Shown here: piece by piece, positions 36,301 to 48,300 of the stretch | Numbering within the stretch: position 1 is the stretch's first letter | Layout of the letters: every line of letters starts with the position of its first letter | NCBI RefSeq assembly: GCF_963853765.1 | Contig: NC_088858.1 | Location: 8,804,001-8,868,000 of the forward strand | From: Magallana gigas | Taxonomy: Eukaryota | DNA: 64,000 nucleotides | Direction of reading: 5' to 3' | Position numbers and translations under genes: made by a program | Notes under the pieces: generated by a model | Told to the model about the DNA's origin: nothing | Databases searched by the model: none | What the model saw: the letters and a program-made list of their open reading frames with translations, nothing else

Positions 36301-39300
36301 AACAAATAAAATATTTTAAATGTATCTAGCCAAGACTAATAAGTGACAAAAAAATTTTCCTTGTTCAAGCATGCACTCTTTATTTCCCATTCGTAAAAAG
36401 ATAAGAAAAATGTCAATTTTTGGCTGATTTTGATTGAATTATAGAAATGGCATCACTTCTGACTTCATATACTGCCAGTGAGTGCAAATAAATCAAAGAA
36501 ATAGATGAAAAATATATTTTATATCAACTCTTCTATAAATTAGTTAACATTTTATTGTACCCGAAACACTTAAAAAATGGTGAATTATGGGGGCCAAATT
36601 TAACTCTTATCATATATACCGGTAGTTCTTTATGTGATTTACAGATACATATGTATAGAATTACTTGTATGGCATAATTACATTACAACGTTATAATTGA
36701 TGCTTTTGATGCATTCAAAGTGTAAATGTGAAATATTTTTTGATTTCATACATTTTTAAAAAAAACTAAAAATGAGGAGTTCTATGATAACTAGGTTAAT
36801 GATTAATCACCTGTTAAAATGATTAAATCATTGTCATTGAATGCAGTAATGAAATATCTTGGGTCAGTCTAGATACAGAGAATCTTGCTAAACATACATG
36901 TATGTAATAGAATGCACATGAAGGTATGAAATCAACATGTTATGATTTATTATATGTATGCCTTTTTGGACAGTGTTTGAGGATGCTGGAGTGGACATGA
37001 ATAAGCCGATAGTGTCCAGTTGTTTCCTGGGACTTACTGGAGTAGCCATCAATCTTACCTCCCACATGATGGGCAAACCAGACACAGCCCTCTACTATGT
37101 AAGTCACATTGCCAGGTGCAATTAAATCAAGGTACGTGTACTTTCATGAAAAAAAATTAAGAGAGTGCACATTGAATGAATTGGATTTTTTTCTGTCCAA
37201 CTATATATTTTACAGAGATGACAGAGGTTGGTATCTTATTTAAAATTAATTTGCTCTGGCAATTGATCAAATCACAATACAACTTGCCTTTTTTTTGTTT
37301 ATTTGTTTTGAAGAGGAGGTGTACTGTATATCCGTTTTCGTTACATTGGAACATTGTTGCTGCCATTTCTTATTTATATACAATTATTTACATTACTAAC
37401 TAAAGCATTTCCTGTTAATAGATCACAGGGTTTTTTTCCAATATGTCCTTAACCATTTATAGCATAGCCTGTCTGTTATGTGAAGTACAGAACATGAAAA
37501 GTTCTTGTCAGGTGCTTGAAATACATTGTTGCTTGATTACCTATAAAACTGATCAATAAATATCACTGACTGGTGTATGTTAGGTGTTTGATACCCAATC
37601 TCTTGCTGTATACAGACATGTACGGTACATAACACGCTGGCTGTGTTGCAGGAGAGAGAAATTCTGCCCTGCTATTTTTTTTATGTAAAAAGACCTATTG
37701 GATGACTTTTCAATAATACATTCTGATAGGGCTAATTACATGTACTGTAAACTAATAATGACAATACAGATAGATGTATTTATAGAGAAGGTTTACTCAT
37801 AATAGAAATTATCGGTAAGACAGCAAGTCATATGCTTTATAGTTTGTATATCTTTTTGGGCATATAGGCAGTTTAGACCAAAAGTCCAATAAACTAAGGT
37901 AGACAAAGGTCTTCTCATCATGTAGATGCAGGTAATGTAGACCGTAATTCTTCTAGATAAATCTTCTAAAAAAGTAAACTGTATAGGCCAGGACCTGCGC
38001 AGGAGCCATGAACTTAGACGAACTCACTTTTGATCTCTGTTTCACTTTTTTGCTATAAATTACTTATGTAAATGTGAAATTGAGGTCAAAGTGAGCTCGT
38101 CTAAGCTTTATGGCCCTGGGGCCTGGGGCCAATAACTTAGACTAGCTCACCTTACACTGGTCTCACTTCATGAGGGAATATACAGTGGAAAAGAGAGATC
38201 AAAAGTGAGCTCATCTAATGTTTTATGGAACCAGGTCCAGCTGTCTTTTGAATTAGATAGATAGTTTAGACAAAATGCCATCTAGAGTATGAGGGAGATA
38301 GTGAACCAAAGGACTAATGCTGACCATTGATTTGTCCTTCATAAATAATTTATCTAGCTTTTCATAAATATATTAACAGAAATAATAGTTGAAACTCCTA
38401 CACATTTTGCGGCTACATGTAGTGCTATTATATCTGGGCTTTTCATTGTGGTGTTTGTATCGTTGCTACAATGACTGGAAGGATAAACAAATCTGAGATG
38501 TGAGATGGCTCCCCCTGAGGGAAAATAATTTATTACTTATTGAGATATGAATATACCTAGGGGAGGATATCCAATGCTAGTGAATTATTAATTCATGTGT
38601 TAGTCTGTTTATTCTTCTGTGTTACATAATGTATTTTACACCTAAACAGATGATTCACAAGTTACTTGTACCAGAGATATAATGTGGGAGGAAGATAATT
38701 CAGGAAAGTAAGGGCACTTAATCGTATGATACCGGTTGAAATTAGTTTTGAGGCTGTGTGAAGCAATTTTAAACATTAACATGACATGCCAATGCACACA
38801 TTTCACTTACAAAAAAACAAAAAAACGTATGTACAGGTAAGTGGTAATGAATTAAAAATTACTTCACAGTTTTATTGCTTATTAAAGTGGCTCGACACAC
38901 CCTGACCAAACCACCTTTGACATGTATTTTTGGGAGTTGATTTTAATCAACTCTCCTATGCAGTTACTCTGACAAACCGAAAGTGAAACAGTGTTTGGAC
39001 TAAAGCACAAATCATCGCTGCTGACAAGACTTAGTTCTTGAAAATAACTTATAAATTCGATAAAATGTATGCTAAAGCATTGTTATTTATAAATACTTTG
39101 AAAATAGTCAGATTTTAAATGGTACGAACAATTTAGATATTTTTTGTAGTCATATGTATTCTTACGCCAGAGTTCAATATAGTCTCGTTCAACTCAATGC
39201 TCGGCTGTCTCCGTAAATCTCCGACAAGCAGAGAGTCTCTCTTGCTTGTCGGAGATTAACGGCGACAGCCGAGCGTTCGGTTGAACGGGACTAGAATTTA

Positions 39301-40474
39301 ATATTGCTTGGATCCATAAATTTTCCAGAAATATTTTTATCACTGATACATAGTTTGATTGAATTAATTCTATCTTTAAATATTACTTAACATGATTCAT
39401 ATGGGATTTTATCAACATTCTTGTGTCGAAAAAGTCCAAAAATTCATATTATAAAAATGTGCATAATTCAAATACAGATTAGAAACTACCCGTACTTGTA
39501 ATGCAAAATAACATATCATTGATTTTAAAATAAATGAACATCGATAAAATCAACTCCCGTCAGTTCTTCGTTACTTTGTTAGATAATTACATTTTGTATC
39601 ATGCATCAATTAAGTCAAAATTTTAAACTTTAAAATATCTTGTTTGTAGCCAAAAGAATTTTTACCCTTTCTCTGAAAAAATTCATATAAATTATCAAAA
39701 GTTGATATCGATCTCTTTTTTTGTGTAGTCATATTTCAAGAAAGATTCATTATCGATCAATCCAATTATAATTTATACAGGGAAATATTTGTCACTTAAT
39801 TTTCGCTTCTGTATTTTGCTCTCAGCAGTGAGGAAATTTAAGACTTGGTGAATTTAAAACATATTTTAAATAAGTGTGTTAATTACAAAGATTATCTAAT
39901 TTTTAACTGTGTTTAAATGAATTCAAGATGGGGTGAAACTGTTTGCAAGTGAAAACAAACATGTGGAGAAAATAAAGCTGTATACAGGAAATTGTTTTGT
40001 CACACAGGAAGAAAAAAAAATAATGAGCATAAGGGCAGAACCCAAAAATTTCTAGGCTGAATAATTGCATAAACATATATGCAAATGTATAATTAGTGTC
40101 CACCATTTACCACTGGTGTCATTTTAAACAGTTTCATTGTAAATAAACCAAGTGTAATAGAAACACTGTTAGACTCCTACCCATCTTTGGTCATGATTTT
40201 TTCACATAAACAAATAGTTCCCTAATTAAAGCTTGTTGAGGAGATGACAATGTAAACTCTAAGGGAATTTAATGTATCATAAACTCTCTGTACTCCGTGT
40301 ATCAGGTCATCACAAATGAAACGACCATAAAAATGGTTGTTCAATCAACTCTTATTAGAAAATGTCATTATTCATCCAGATCTATTTTGAATGTTTCAGG
40401 GTTCTTGGAATGAATGGAGACTTCGAGCAGACCCTGAAGAGTGTGAAACTGGCCCCCCTCGTCTAAAGGCGTGA
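27398..40474 (+). CDS. TST/MPST: Tandem-domain rhodanese (thiosulfate / 3-mercaptopyruvate sulfurtransferase family), about 317 aa, with a mitochondrial presequence-like N-terminus
   Basis: Exons 27398-27600, 27864-28059, 34040-34135, 34570-34729, 35889-35987, 36974-37098, 40400-40474 are phase-consistent. Motifs LVSSTWL, VLDASW, HIPHALYFD, HVVVYD, FGHENVSVLDGG, GHIPGSLNIPY and GSWNEW. Active-site Cys at 37021-37023. Confidence 0.92.
28209..28738. mobile_element. Kolobok-like MITE
   Basis: TTAA|AGCTGCTTGGTCCGATTTT...AAAATCGGACCAAGCAGCT|TTAA: perfect terminal inverted repeats, AG...CT termini, TTAA on both sides. Confidence 0.85.
29062..29823 (+). CDS. Retrotransposon Gag-like protein with a CCHC zinc knuckle
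   Basis: 253-aa ORF. GNKVQYLFN and ADGSPAGWKTVQEY motifs typical of DIRS-order gag. Zinc knuckle CYSCFQTGHWKTRC. Confidence 0.9.
   Translation: MANTDHEEDILMEEDTAHRPPEQNTANAFALTDAVKLLSTAISTQFQQLTEKLQEDNKSSAQQLSKKFKENIAGKLKYEGNKVQYLFNEEILDELEKLKDLSTYNENVVKRINDKLKTRQKYIRMADGSPAGWKTVQEYQCNDIADDSDDEKKIRSAENRALRNSKQKKSRFQPYFKPVPSAAAGSAAQLSALALQQTNTLQTNAGASNSFNQPFRSGSRRTPQPSDVCYSCFQTGHWKTRCPLNISTSSNPK
29855..31834 (+). CDS. Retrotransposon Pol: reverse transcriptase, RNase H and DNA adenine methyltransferase-like domain
   Basis: The frame is open from 29339. The first ATG after gag is at 29855. RT motifs FDLKSGYHH, LPFGLSTAP and YLDD (30521-30532). RNase H motifs STWRE, FTDNQS and NQKADYLSK. MT-like motifs VDRFA and NNWLVPP. 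Confidence 0.92.
   Translation: MFERITNNEIMNEHCKLLSIIESNQSCTGVKNSLQNHYEFWRKIGAFEDILRLIKTGYNIPFAVNPPRIYLKNNKSALQNFSFVTESIGDLVKSGCVIQVPFRPFVVSPLSVAENREKKRLILDLSVLNGFLKKEKIKFEDHKLALQYFENNCFCIKFDLKSGYHHIDICKECQTFLGFEWKGEYYCFTVLPFGLSTAPYIFTKCLRAMVKYWRSNNIKIVLYLDDGLAMAESFEECQRISSFIKSSLEDAGLLINQEKSIFSPVQDIEWLGIRWNSVRFSISIPERRIQDVESTIVQFLSDLPKVSARALARVAGKIISLQPVFGNICRLMTRYCYMEIVFRVSWDNTLNFKFATKSINELKFWLIHFQKYNNKKLTVTERESTIVYSYASAVGAGAFTVGVDEKCFHQMWNENEMSKSSTWREMKAIELALISFNELLFNKCVKWFTDNQSCVNILQLGSMKADLQEIAFNIFLFCREHNISVDIQWIPRDKNQKADYLSKLVDYEDWGVSQDFFSFIDSLYGPHSVDRFANSKNKKLPRFNSLFWNPATEAVNSFTQDWRTENNWLVPPIYLVTKTIKYLINSKAVGTLIVPKWRSASFWPYIYKDKYSTYEYITDILEFSDASGIYVQGQNKSTVFGSNRFVSPVLALRLDARFL
31875..32108 (+). 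repeat. About 49-bp tandem repeat (about 5 diverging units) between pol and the recombinase ORF
   Basis: Unit GGCCCTGGTACATATTTGTACTGCAGATGTTTGATATATTCTAATTTAA, head to tail with no spacers. Confidence 0.9.
32203..33224 (+). CDS. Tyrosine recombinase of the retrotransposon (no ATG; probably entered by splicing)
   Basis: Catalytic set FLRFSE, HSLRSG, HGRW and GYV is intact. The frame is open back to an acceptor TACATTTTGCAG| at 32202/32203. Confidence 0.9.
35460..35650. mobile_element. Tc1/mariner-like MITE
   Basis: Termini (T)ACTGTGGAATCATT...AATGATTCCACAGT. It is followed by a partial TACAGTCAAACTT-type MITE end at about 35657. Confidence 0.7.
36060..36616. mobile_element. TA-flanked MITE
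   Basis: Left end TATATGATAAGGGCCTAAAATGGCCCC, right end GGGGCCAAATTTAACTCTTATCATATA. Confidence 0.7.
38886..39880. mobile_element. Kolobok-like non-autonomous element with a degenerate right end and a nested palindrome
   Basis: Starts TTAA|AGTGGCTCGACACACC. The right end is only partly recognisable (AAGTGTGTTAA). It contains the palindrome at 39180-39293. Confidence 0.5.
39180..39293. repeat. 114-bp nearly loopless palindrome
   Basis: TAGTCTCGTTCAAC...CTCCGACAAGCAGAGAG-T-CTCTCTTGCTTGTCGGAG...GTTGAACGGGACTA. Flanked by GAGTTCAATA and GAATTTAATA. Confidence 0.85.
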
Positions 40475-40883
40475 CCGCCAGGTTCAGATGCCATGGACAG
40501 CAAGATTGTGTGATTGAAATGTTAATCCCCTACCCGCAATAACAAAAGTAATATTCTACCCTGTCCTGTATTATTGCTCGTTAGTAATTATTTGGATGGA
40601 ATAGCTAGAGCTTTGTTCATTATTTATCCATGAGGAGATCGGTGAACTTGATTTGATTGAAAATTGAAATCAGTACTGGGATGTGATTATGATGACGATT
40701 GAAATGGTGCCATTTGAAATGATTCTCCTCACATTCATGGAGATTTGTTGATTTAGATTATTAATCTGTTTGAATTATGTACATTGCAGTTTTGTTGTAT
40801 CATAAAAAATAAACATATTTTAATTGCTATTTACAATCTCTTATGATTTTGGGGAGAAACCAAGATATGTAGAATGCTTTATA

Positions 40884-41105
40884 TGCATCACAAGGCAATT
40901 AAGCCCTATCCTGGAACCCCCAAGGAAAACGAAAAAGGGGCAGACCAAGAAACACCTGGCAGAGAGATTTAGAGGCAGACATAAAGAGAATGGGTAAAAA
41001 CTGGATAGAGGTAGAACGATCGCACAGGATAGAGGGGCCTGGAGAAATCTTGTCAGCGGCCTATGCCCCAGAAGGGGTAGCAGGCATAAGTCAAGTCAAG
41101 TCAAG
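40884..41105 (+). mobile_element. 5'-truncated RTE-type LINE 3' fragment
   Basis: Translates with frameshifts to CITRQ..ALSWNPQGKRKRGRPRNTWQRDLEADIKRMG..AQDRGAWRNLVSGLCP, a typical RTE C-terminus. Ends in a (TCAAG)n tail. Confidence 0.8.
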
Positions 41106-41155
41106 AATTAAGTCAGTGACTAACTGATTGAAATATAGGCATTGGCAATACAGTA

Positions 41156-42200
41156 CGAGGGTTGTTCGGAAATTATTGAGACAACTCGAATATCTTCTTT
41201 TCTAATTGACGAATGTTGGTGAAAATTGGCATAGACACTGAAGAAATACCAACAAATAATAAAACAAAGTAATATTAAAAGAATATTTAATATTTTGTTT
41301 ACGACGGTAGATAAACAATCGGTGGTCGGGGTACCCGGCGCAGCCATAAACTCGGAGATTTAACAACTTAAACGTCTTCTTTAAAAGTGTTCGTAGAAAT
41401 ACAGTTAATGATAAAAGAAATCAATTTAAATATGTTCATTTTGCTATTCTTTGCGACTAACTTTTGATTAAGTTCCACTGATGTTCGAGTTCAAATACGG
41501 ATATGGTACACATATATTTACCAAACAATAGAAATCTGACAACGACTTTACATTGAATTTTGACGTCAAGGCGGCGCATTGAAAACCGTCAAACTAGTGG
41601 AAATCTCAGAAGAAGACCTTTTAAGGCCACGAAATTGCTTAAAAAACTATACGATGACAAGACAAGGTATAGAGCCTCAGCTCATCATTTTTTTTTTCAC
41701 TGATTGTTAAACGAGAATTAGGCCAAAAGGATTAATTATCAAGTACTTTTAACACACCAACTGTTATCAACAGTTCTAAAATATATAAAAAATGACTGCA
41801 GGAGACATTCACAGTAATTAGACTTTCGGGTAAAAATAACTCGATTTTTACCCTAAAAAACGAGCGAATTATTGAAAATATAAATAATGACATCTTGAAA
41901 TAAAAACAAAAGATGAGAAATAAAGTATAATTCTTATTTCCGTTCGTTTGTAAGGTGTTTAAAACACAGGAGCAATAAGAAGCGTTAAAATGACGTTGCG
42001 AAAAGTTTGCGGTTGCGCCGGGTCACAGGACGAAGGCACGTTGGTCAGCTTACCAGGAACGATCTATTCAAGCCATGGACAAGAAACTTTTCACGTTGAT
42101 AATCTCTATCCTGATTTACGTGTTGGTGAAATTTCAAGAGTTTATCTTTTTTACTAAAAGAATAAGAGAAAATGTCTCAATAATTTCCGAACAACCCTCG
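41156..42200. mobile_element. Non-autonomous mariner-like element
   Basis: Perfect 28-bp terminal inverted repeats CGAGGGTTGTTCGGAAATTATTGAGACA, with TA on both flanks. No transposase ORF in the track. Confidence 0.88.
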
Positions 42201-42430
42201 TATGTCAGTTTTTTATTTTCACCCACTAGAGTCATATTCAGTAAAAACATTCATTCACATAAATTTTAAATCCTAGGATTTAATAATCTACTAAATAAAT
42301 GTTCAGTTTGAATTTGATCATGCACACTTTAAGTGACAGAGGAAAATCAAAGTTAGAACTCCAAAAGAACGTATGTATGGTTAAAATATTAATTACTTCT
42401 TTTCAAACATTGTCTTCTTAAAAAATTTGA

Positions 42431-43022
42431 AAAGATCAAATTGATGTGGAAGCATCCTCAGGTAGTGTAGATTCAATTTTGTTTAAATCATGGTTCCCGG
42501 GGGATGGGTGGAGCCACAAGGGGGGGGGGGGTCGAGTTTTACATAGGAATATGTAAAGAAAATCTTTAAATAATAATCTTCTCAAAACTATTAGGCAAGA
42601 AAAGCTCAAATTTGTGTAGAAGTATCCTCAGGTTGTGTACATTCAAGTTTTTTTTTATATCATGGGCCACAAGGGGGTGTTTAACTTTTACAGGGGAAGA
42701 TACGGATAAAAATCTATTAGAAAAGCATTCAGCCAAAAAAAGCTGAAACTTGTGTGAAAGCATAGATTGTGCAGATCATGATTACCTGGAGAAAAGTTCG
42801 ACCATAAAACGGGGGGGGGGGGTGATCTGAAATAGGAATATATAAAAATCAAAAACAACAAAAGGGGCTTGGTAATATGTGGGTAAAAATCGGCAGATTT
42901 TTAAACACTTTCTTGTGTAAGATCTACTGTACTGTAGTTGAATTTGTGATGATTATGCTCATTTAATCACAGTTCTGGCTATTGGTCCGCAGGTGAGCGA
43001 TGTGGCCCCTGTGCCTCTTTTT
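42431..43022 (+). mobile_element. Helentron-associated array of about 170-bp satellite-like units (Cg170-like)
   Basis: AAAGATCAAATTGATGTGGAAGCATCCTCAGGTAGTGTAGATTCAA recurs at 42431, 42601 and about 42739. Ends with AGGTGAGCGATGTGGCCCCTGTGCCTCTTTTT. Confidence 0.7.
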
Positions 43023-45315
43023 TCAGCTACATGTGAAAAAATTATAATAAATGAAAGATAAGCGTTCATTCACGAATTTCTCGCAATGTATGATTATAAT
43101 TGCAAAGGTTTCACGTTGTTTCGCAAAAAATTGGGAGTTTTTGATACGTAAATGAGCTCAACTGGCTTTCGTAATATCGAGCTGTGTCAGTCAGAATAAG
43201 AGGGGTGTCTGTTCCCTGAGTTTTAGTTAGAAAAAAAAGCTCTTGTCATATTTTAACTTATCTGCTGAACAGAAAATACATGTACCATATCTTTTGCAAC
43301 ATCTTAACTTTTTATTTTAAAGTTTTGTTTTTGTTTTGTTTTGTTTTTTGGTTTTTATTTTGGGGGGTGTCTCTGGGTCTTTTACCAATGTTATGATTAA
43401 AACAAAACTTTTATCAGTATATATAGAGAATTTTGTTAATGATAATGTTTTCAAACATTCATGATAACTGAGTAAAACCTCGAGTACTTTGTTTTCAATA
43501 CAAGCCTCGCTGGTAATCAAATTCAAGATCATCTAATTAGTTTTACCATCCGCCTTGATCCTTATGAAATTGCAGTGTAGAGACTTAGCTTTGCTTTGTG
43601 TAGATCACTACGCATACTGTATCTGACAATCTTGTAACTTAATTACCACTGCCTTCCGGAACTTGGAGGTTATTGTTCATATACCTGACAAATAATAATT
43701 GATTTTTTTAGTATCCTAGCTTTTACAAAGAAAACGCCGGCAATTGTTCAGACAATTGGGTAGAACTTGTTAATGCCGAGACGTCGTCTGTTCGCTCTTT
43801 TTTGCGTGACTCAATCAGCCAGCCATTGGTACCTTATCCCGTTAGTCTTACTTCAATCAAATAGCTTTTAATTGGAATTCTGTTTAATTGCACGCAGAAA
43901 GCTGCAGGAATTGCGGGTATTACCTGGCCTTTTTTCGCGGTCGTCTGCGTCATATTTATCGGGGAACGCCGGTTTTTTCACATCTTGAAGAAAATCAAGA
44001 TTTGTTTGTAAACATTAGCGAGAAGTTCCCATTAGCAACCGGTACTGTACTTCTGCCTGTATACGACTTTCAGCTCAGAATGTTGAACAAGCGTTAAGCC
44101 AAAGGAAAGTGGCATATTATGAATAATTGAAAACTATTGTTTGAAGTTTACATTGTATTATTGTGTAGTGATGATAAACTGCCACGAAACTTACTTTGTT
44201 CGGCTTCAAAGATTACACGTGGTAGATTATATGAATCAAAGAATAGAATATTTAAATCTGGAACCATTTGGTGCATTAAAAATTCAGCTGTAAATATTTA
44301 TTTTGATTAAAACAAAACATATGCTGCCATCATCTATTATAAAATTGATTTCAGTGTTTTCAGAGCGTGGTGTATCTTTAATTTTCTGTTGTTCGATGAT
44401 ACGATAATTCTTTTTAAGAAGAAACACCAAGTCGCTAAAAGTATGATTCATTTCATGCAAGTGAAACTGCAACTAACCTATTCGAACACTCTTAGATTAT
44501 GACAGAAGGACAACTTCGATTGTAACCTCACCACCACCACAAAAAGAATTCCATAAGTTTCATGGATTCTGTCTTTTAATGTCCTTCTGTCAAACCAGTA
44601 TCCTGTTGAATCGAGATCTGTAATAGTATGTTCTCTCATGAAAAAGGCATATATTCGAAGGGTAACGTAGCATATTTCTCAGTTCTCTGGATCCTGTTCA
44701 GGAATAGTTTCAAACGAAATTTGTTTTGGAAGTACATGCATGTCGCTATATTTCTCTGGCTTGCCTTTTTTTTAACACCACGATCGGTAAATTCTATTCT
44801 TCATATTGGAATCCAATACAGCAATGTGTTGTCAGTTCGACTGATTTCAGCATAAAATAAAATGCATATAATAACAATTACTTTATTGTTCTTTATAAAC
44901 ATTTATCAACAAAGGGTAGAGACTATATACAATATACATATGGTCATATTACAAATGATTGCAATATGAAGTAATGTAAGTACCTTTGGAACACGTTCAT
45001 CAATTGATTCTTTTCTTTGATGTAGGTAATGTAAAGCTAGTATCTCGGTTGTATTTTATCCAGATGTATTAACGATAAGGATAAAAAAAAAAATACGTCA
45101 GTGAGTATATCATATGTTCAATTAATAAAATCTAAAATCTACGCTGATAAATTAAAGAGTAACAATTATCACCAAGTATTTCTTTCTTTTTTTACGAAAT
45201 TCATTTCTAATGTGAAAACAAAGATCCTTTCACAATTGCTGGTAGTAATCCGTTACCATAGAAGATATGAATTTCAAGCACCCGTATCACAGAGGTGAGC
45301 AGACGACAATTGCTT

Positions 45316-48300
45316 CTAGCATTCGGGGGTTTCCATCCGGGGTCCTTTCCTCGCCGCGCGCTGTTGGGGCGGTTCGTCATCATACTCGTCTTCTGTCTCC
45401 TCACCGTTGTCGTCTGCATACGCATCATCTCGGTTATCTACTTCATCGTGATAGCCATTATGCTGCATCTCCTCCTCGCCTTCATCAACCTCCATGTCTC
45501 TCTCTTCCTCGAAATTAGACTGTCTCTGTGGTTGTCGCGCGGGTTGGGATTTTGCCGGGTACCTGTTGCTGTCCTGGGTGTCACTTCGCTGGTTTCTGTG
45601 TTTAGGGGGTTCCTTTTCATGTTGGTTGTGTCGAGCCTCGCGTGCTGGTTTGGGCGCCAGCGAGTCATTGGATCTCCTCAAATCCTGGGACCTGTTGTTT
45701 GGTCCGCGGTCTTCTCGGCTTGTGTTTACTTTCTGGGACTGAGCTGTTGGTTTATTTGTAACATTGTTGCTTTTTTGATTTCCACGATGGCGAGGCTGGG
45801 TCCTGTCATCCACGAAGCCATTTTGATTTTTGTCATCATTGTAGCCATTTTGATTCGGTCGGTTGTTTTGAAGTTTCCGTTGGGGCTCTTTAGCAGGCTT
45901 CCATTTACCCCGCTCCTTTTGTCGCTGTGGAGATGGTTCCCTGTATGTCTGGTGGTGAGGTGGTTCCTCATAGTAATCCATGTCATCTTCTGGGGGCGGG
46001 GTCGGTTCGCGAACAGGGACTTTTTTCTGTCGTAATTCTTTTGGGGCACCCTCTCCCCCAACAACGAAAAAGCTGTCCACCTTTTTCACAACGAGCTCAT
46101 GGCGAAGATTTGAAAAACTCTCGATCTAGAACGAAATGCAAAATTGAAAGTATCACTAAAACATTTACAATCTTGACTAATTGGTTGGATATGTATTCAC
46201 TTTTAAGTTAATTATCTTACCTTGGTGTATGGTGGGACGGCACAATACAATGCTGTTGCTGGGTTGTCCAACATGTTGACCACCTCCCCCATGTCAGCCA
46301 GCATTTGCTCGAAGGACTGCTCTGTGTGGGGGTTGATGATCATTTTATCCTGTACAGACCTCATGGTGTTGTTGATGACGGTAAACGTCAAGGGTTTGCT
46401 CTTGGCTTGGTTTGGAGATCTATTCATCCCGCCGGTGTGACTCCCTCTGAGTACGTGTTCTCTGGAAGACCCCTGACTCCGCTGGATCGGCAGACCACGC
46501 TTGGTGGGGGAGGGAGGGCCGGATATCTGACCGTACTGTATTCTCCGGTCAATTTTTAGCGTGCTGGATACCACGCACTCGTCCCCCGGCTGAAATTCCT
46601 TGACATTTTGGATCAGCTTCCCGTCTTCAAGTCTGAAGATGTACATGACGCCCTGAGGAGTATCTATCTTGTTATTCAGATGGTTCATCAGGCTATCCAG
46701 GGAGGGAAACATTTTCTCGCTGATGGACAAAACGATACCTTTGTGCAGAGCGTCTCGGTTTTTGAAGAATTTTACCCTGATGGCCTTGCTGTGCTGTTCA
46801 CGGTCCAGGAGGCTTGGTGGATAGCTCTCATAGCGCTCGTAGCGGTACTCATTGTAACCATTCTGCTGCCGGATCCTCTTCTGGTGGGGTTTAGAGACGG
46901 CCATTCTGTTTCCTCCACGATACGAGGGCTGGGGGTAATCCTCGCTCTCACTCGATTGGTAAGGATCTCTCTGCAAAAAATAACATTTGATGTTGGCTTT
47001 AAAACTCAACTCAGCTTTATAGACGAGATTAAATTGCAGGGGGTAGGAGTGTGTTGTGACGGATGCTCGGAAAATTTAAATCTCGCTTCAGATTTCGTAC
47101 TGCAAATCTGTGACATCAGATAAGACAAACCTCAGGGAAATGGAACTTATCAGAGGTAAGAAAAGCCAATCAATAGGTATTGGGTGGACTTTGGTAATGA
47201 TGTCCGTAAGATATGGCGTTACAAGATCGCTTCTCGGCAGTGCATTGATATCGCTAGGAGGCTGGAGTCCGCTATACGATACAAGGGTATTGTTTCCTAA
47301 GCAACCAGTCCCTTAATTATTAATTAATTTCTAGAACCTCAAAGCCGAGAAAGGTGAACAACATTGATAGTTACACTTTATACATATATCAGGGTCGGGA
47401 AGATATCGAACACCGCCCGTCTCACCTGTGAGGCAGGTTTGTTTGATTTGTATAATACGTGTTCCCGCTCTTCTAAAAACATAATATCTAGATTACAAAC
47501 TCTATATATACATGTCACGTTATGAAATATGGACTTAATTAAGTTCTCAATATCTACAAGTATATTATTTTGATTTTTATAGTGAACAAATTATACATTA
47601 GAGCTGGCATTAAATTTTTTAAATGCTTCAGTACATGGTATATCATTATAGAAAAGAGAGAAATTATCCAAATGTATGTATGATTTTTATAGCTGTAAAA
47701 TGTTAATATTTTGCTATATTTCCACACAGAGCTCTTCATATAAAGGAGTTAAATATAGTATAAATTGGTCACGATCATCCAGCTCTCTTGAAATATACAA
47801 ACGAAATGTATGTACTTATTCAGATTATACGGTATATAATTCATAATTAATAATTGAATTCAAGTTTTTTATTTTTAAAATGTTTATGTTTTTATGTAAA
47901 CACATGTATTACTGATGGAGTGGAAAAGTTACAAGAAATACATTCGATTGAAATGCATGTTATAAAAATTAAGTCAATGTAGAAAAGTTACGTGAATGTC
48001 AGTAACAGTTAATCAGAAACAATTTGAAAACCCTTTAGTTAATGCACAGCAATTCAACAGCTCCATATATATGATATGTCTACTTTTATAATGGAAATAT
48101 AATTCTCATTTTAAAAAATCTTTGTTGTTTTATAGCTTTTCAGTTTACGATTCTTACCTAAAATATCTGTTGACCATTAAATGAAGCAACGTACGGTAGC
48201 TCCACAAAGTGAAATGAACACAAACATATACTAATATAAAGACTGATGTCGATCATGTTCCTTTCACGAAAGTAATCGTACCAAGAAAAAAACATTATAA

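Noticed and set aside
38650-38707. 58-nt cassette with AG and GTAAGG boundaries in the last sulfurtransferase intron
   Set aside because: Inclusion gives a stop after 10 codons and there is no homology support. It could be a poison exon, but chance splice-like sites are common.
43380-44100. CpG-richer intergenic stretch with a 69-aa ORF and a TGACTCA site
   Set aside because: No splice structure, homology or repeat termini. It may be regulatory but cannot be supported from sequence alone.
45295-46035. 246-aa hydrophobic + strand ORF resembling a multi-pass membrane protein
   Set aside because: It is the antisense shadow of the R/Q/E/D/N-rich tail exon of the DCX gene. Such codons read as hydrophobic residues on the opposite strand, and there is no independent support.
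46608-47316. + strand ORFs of 171 and 68 aa and a donor-like AG|GTAAGA at about 47156
   Set aside because: Mostly antisense to DCX exon 2. No recognisable motif or partner exons.
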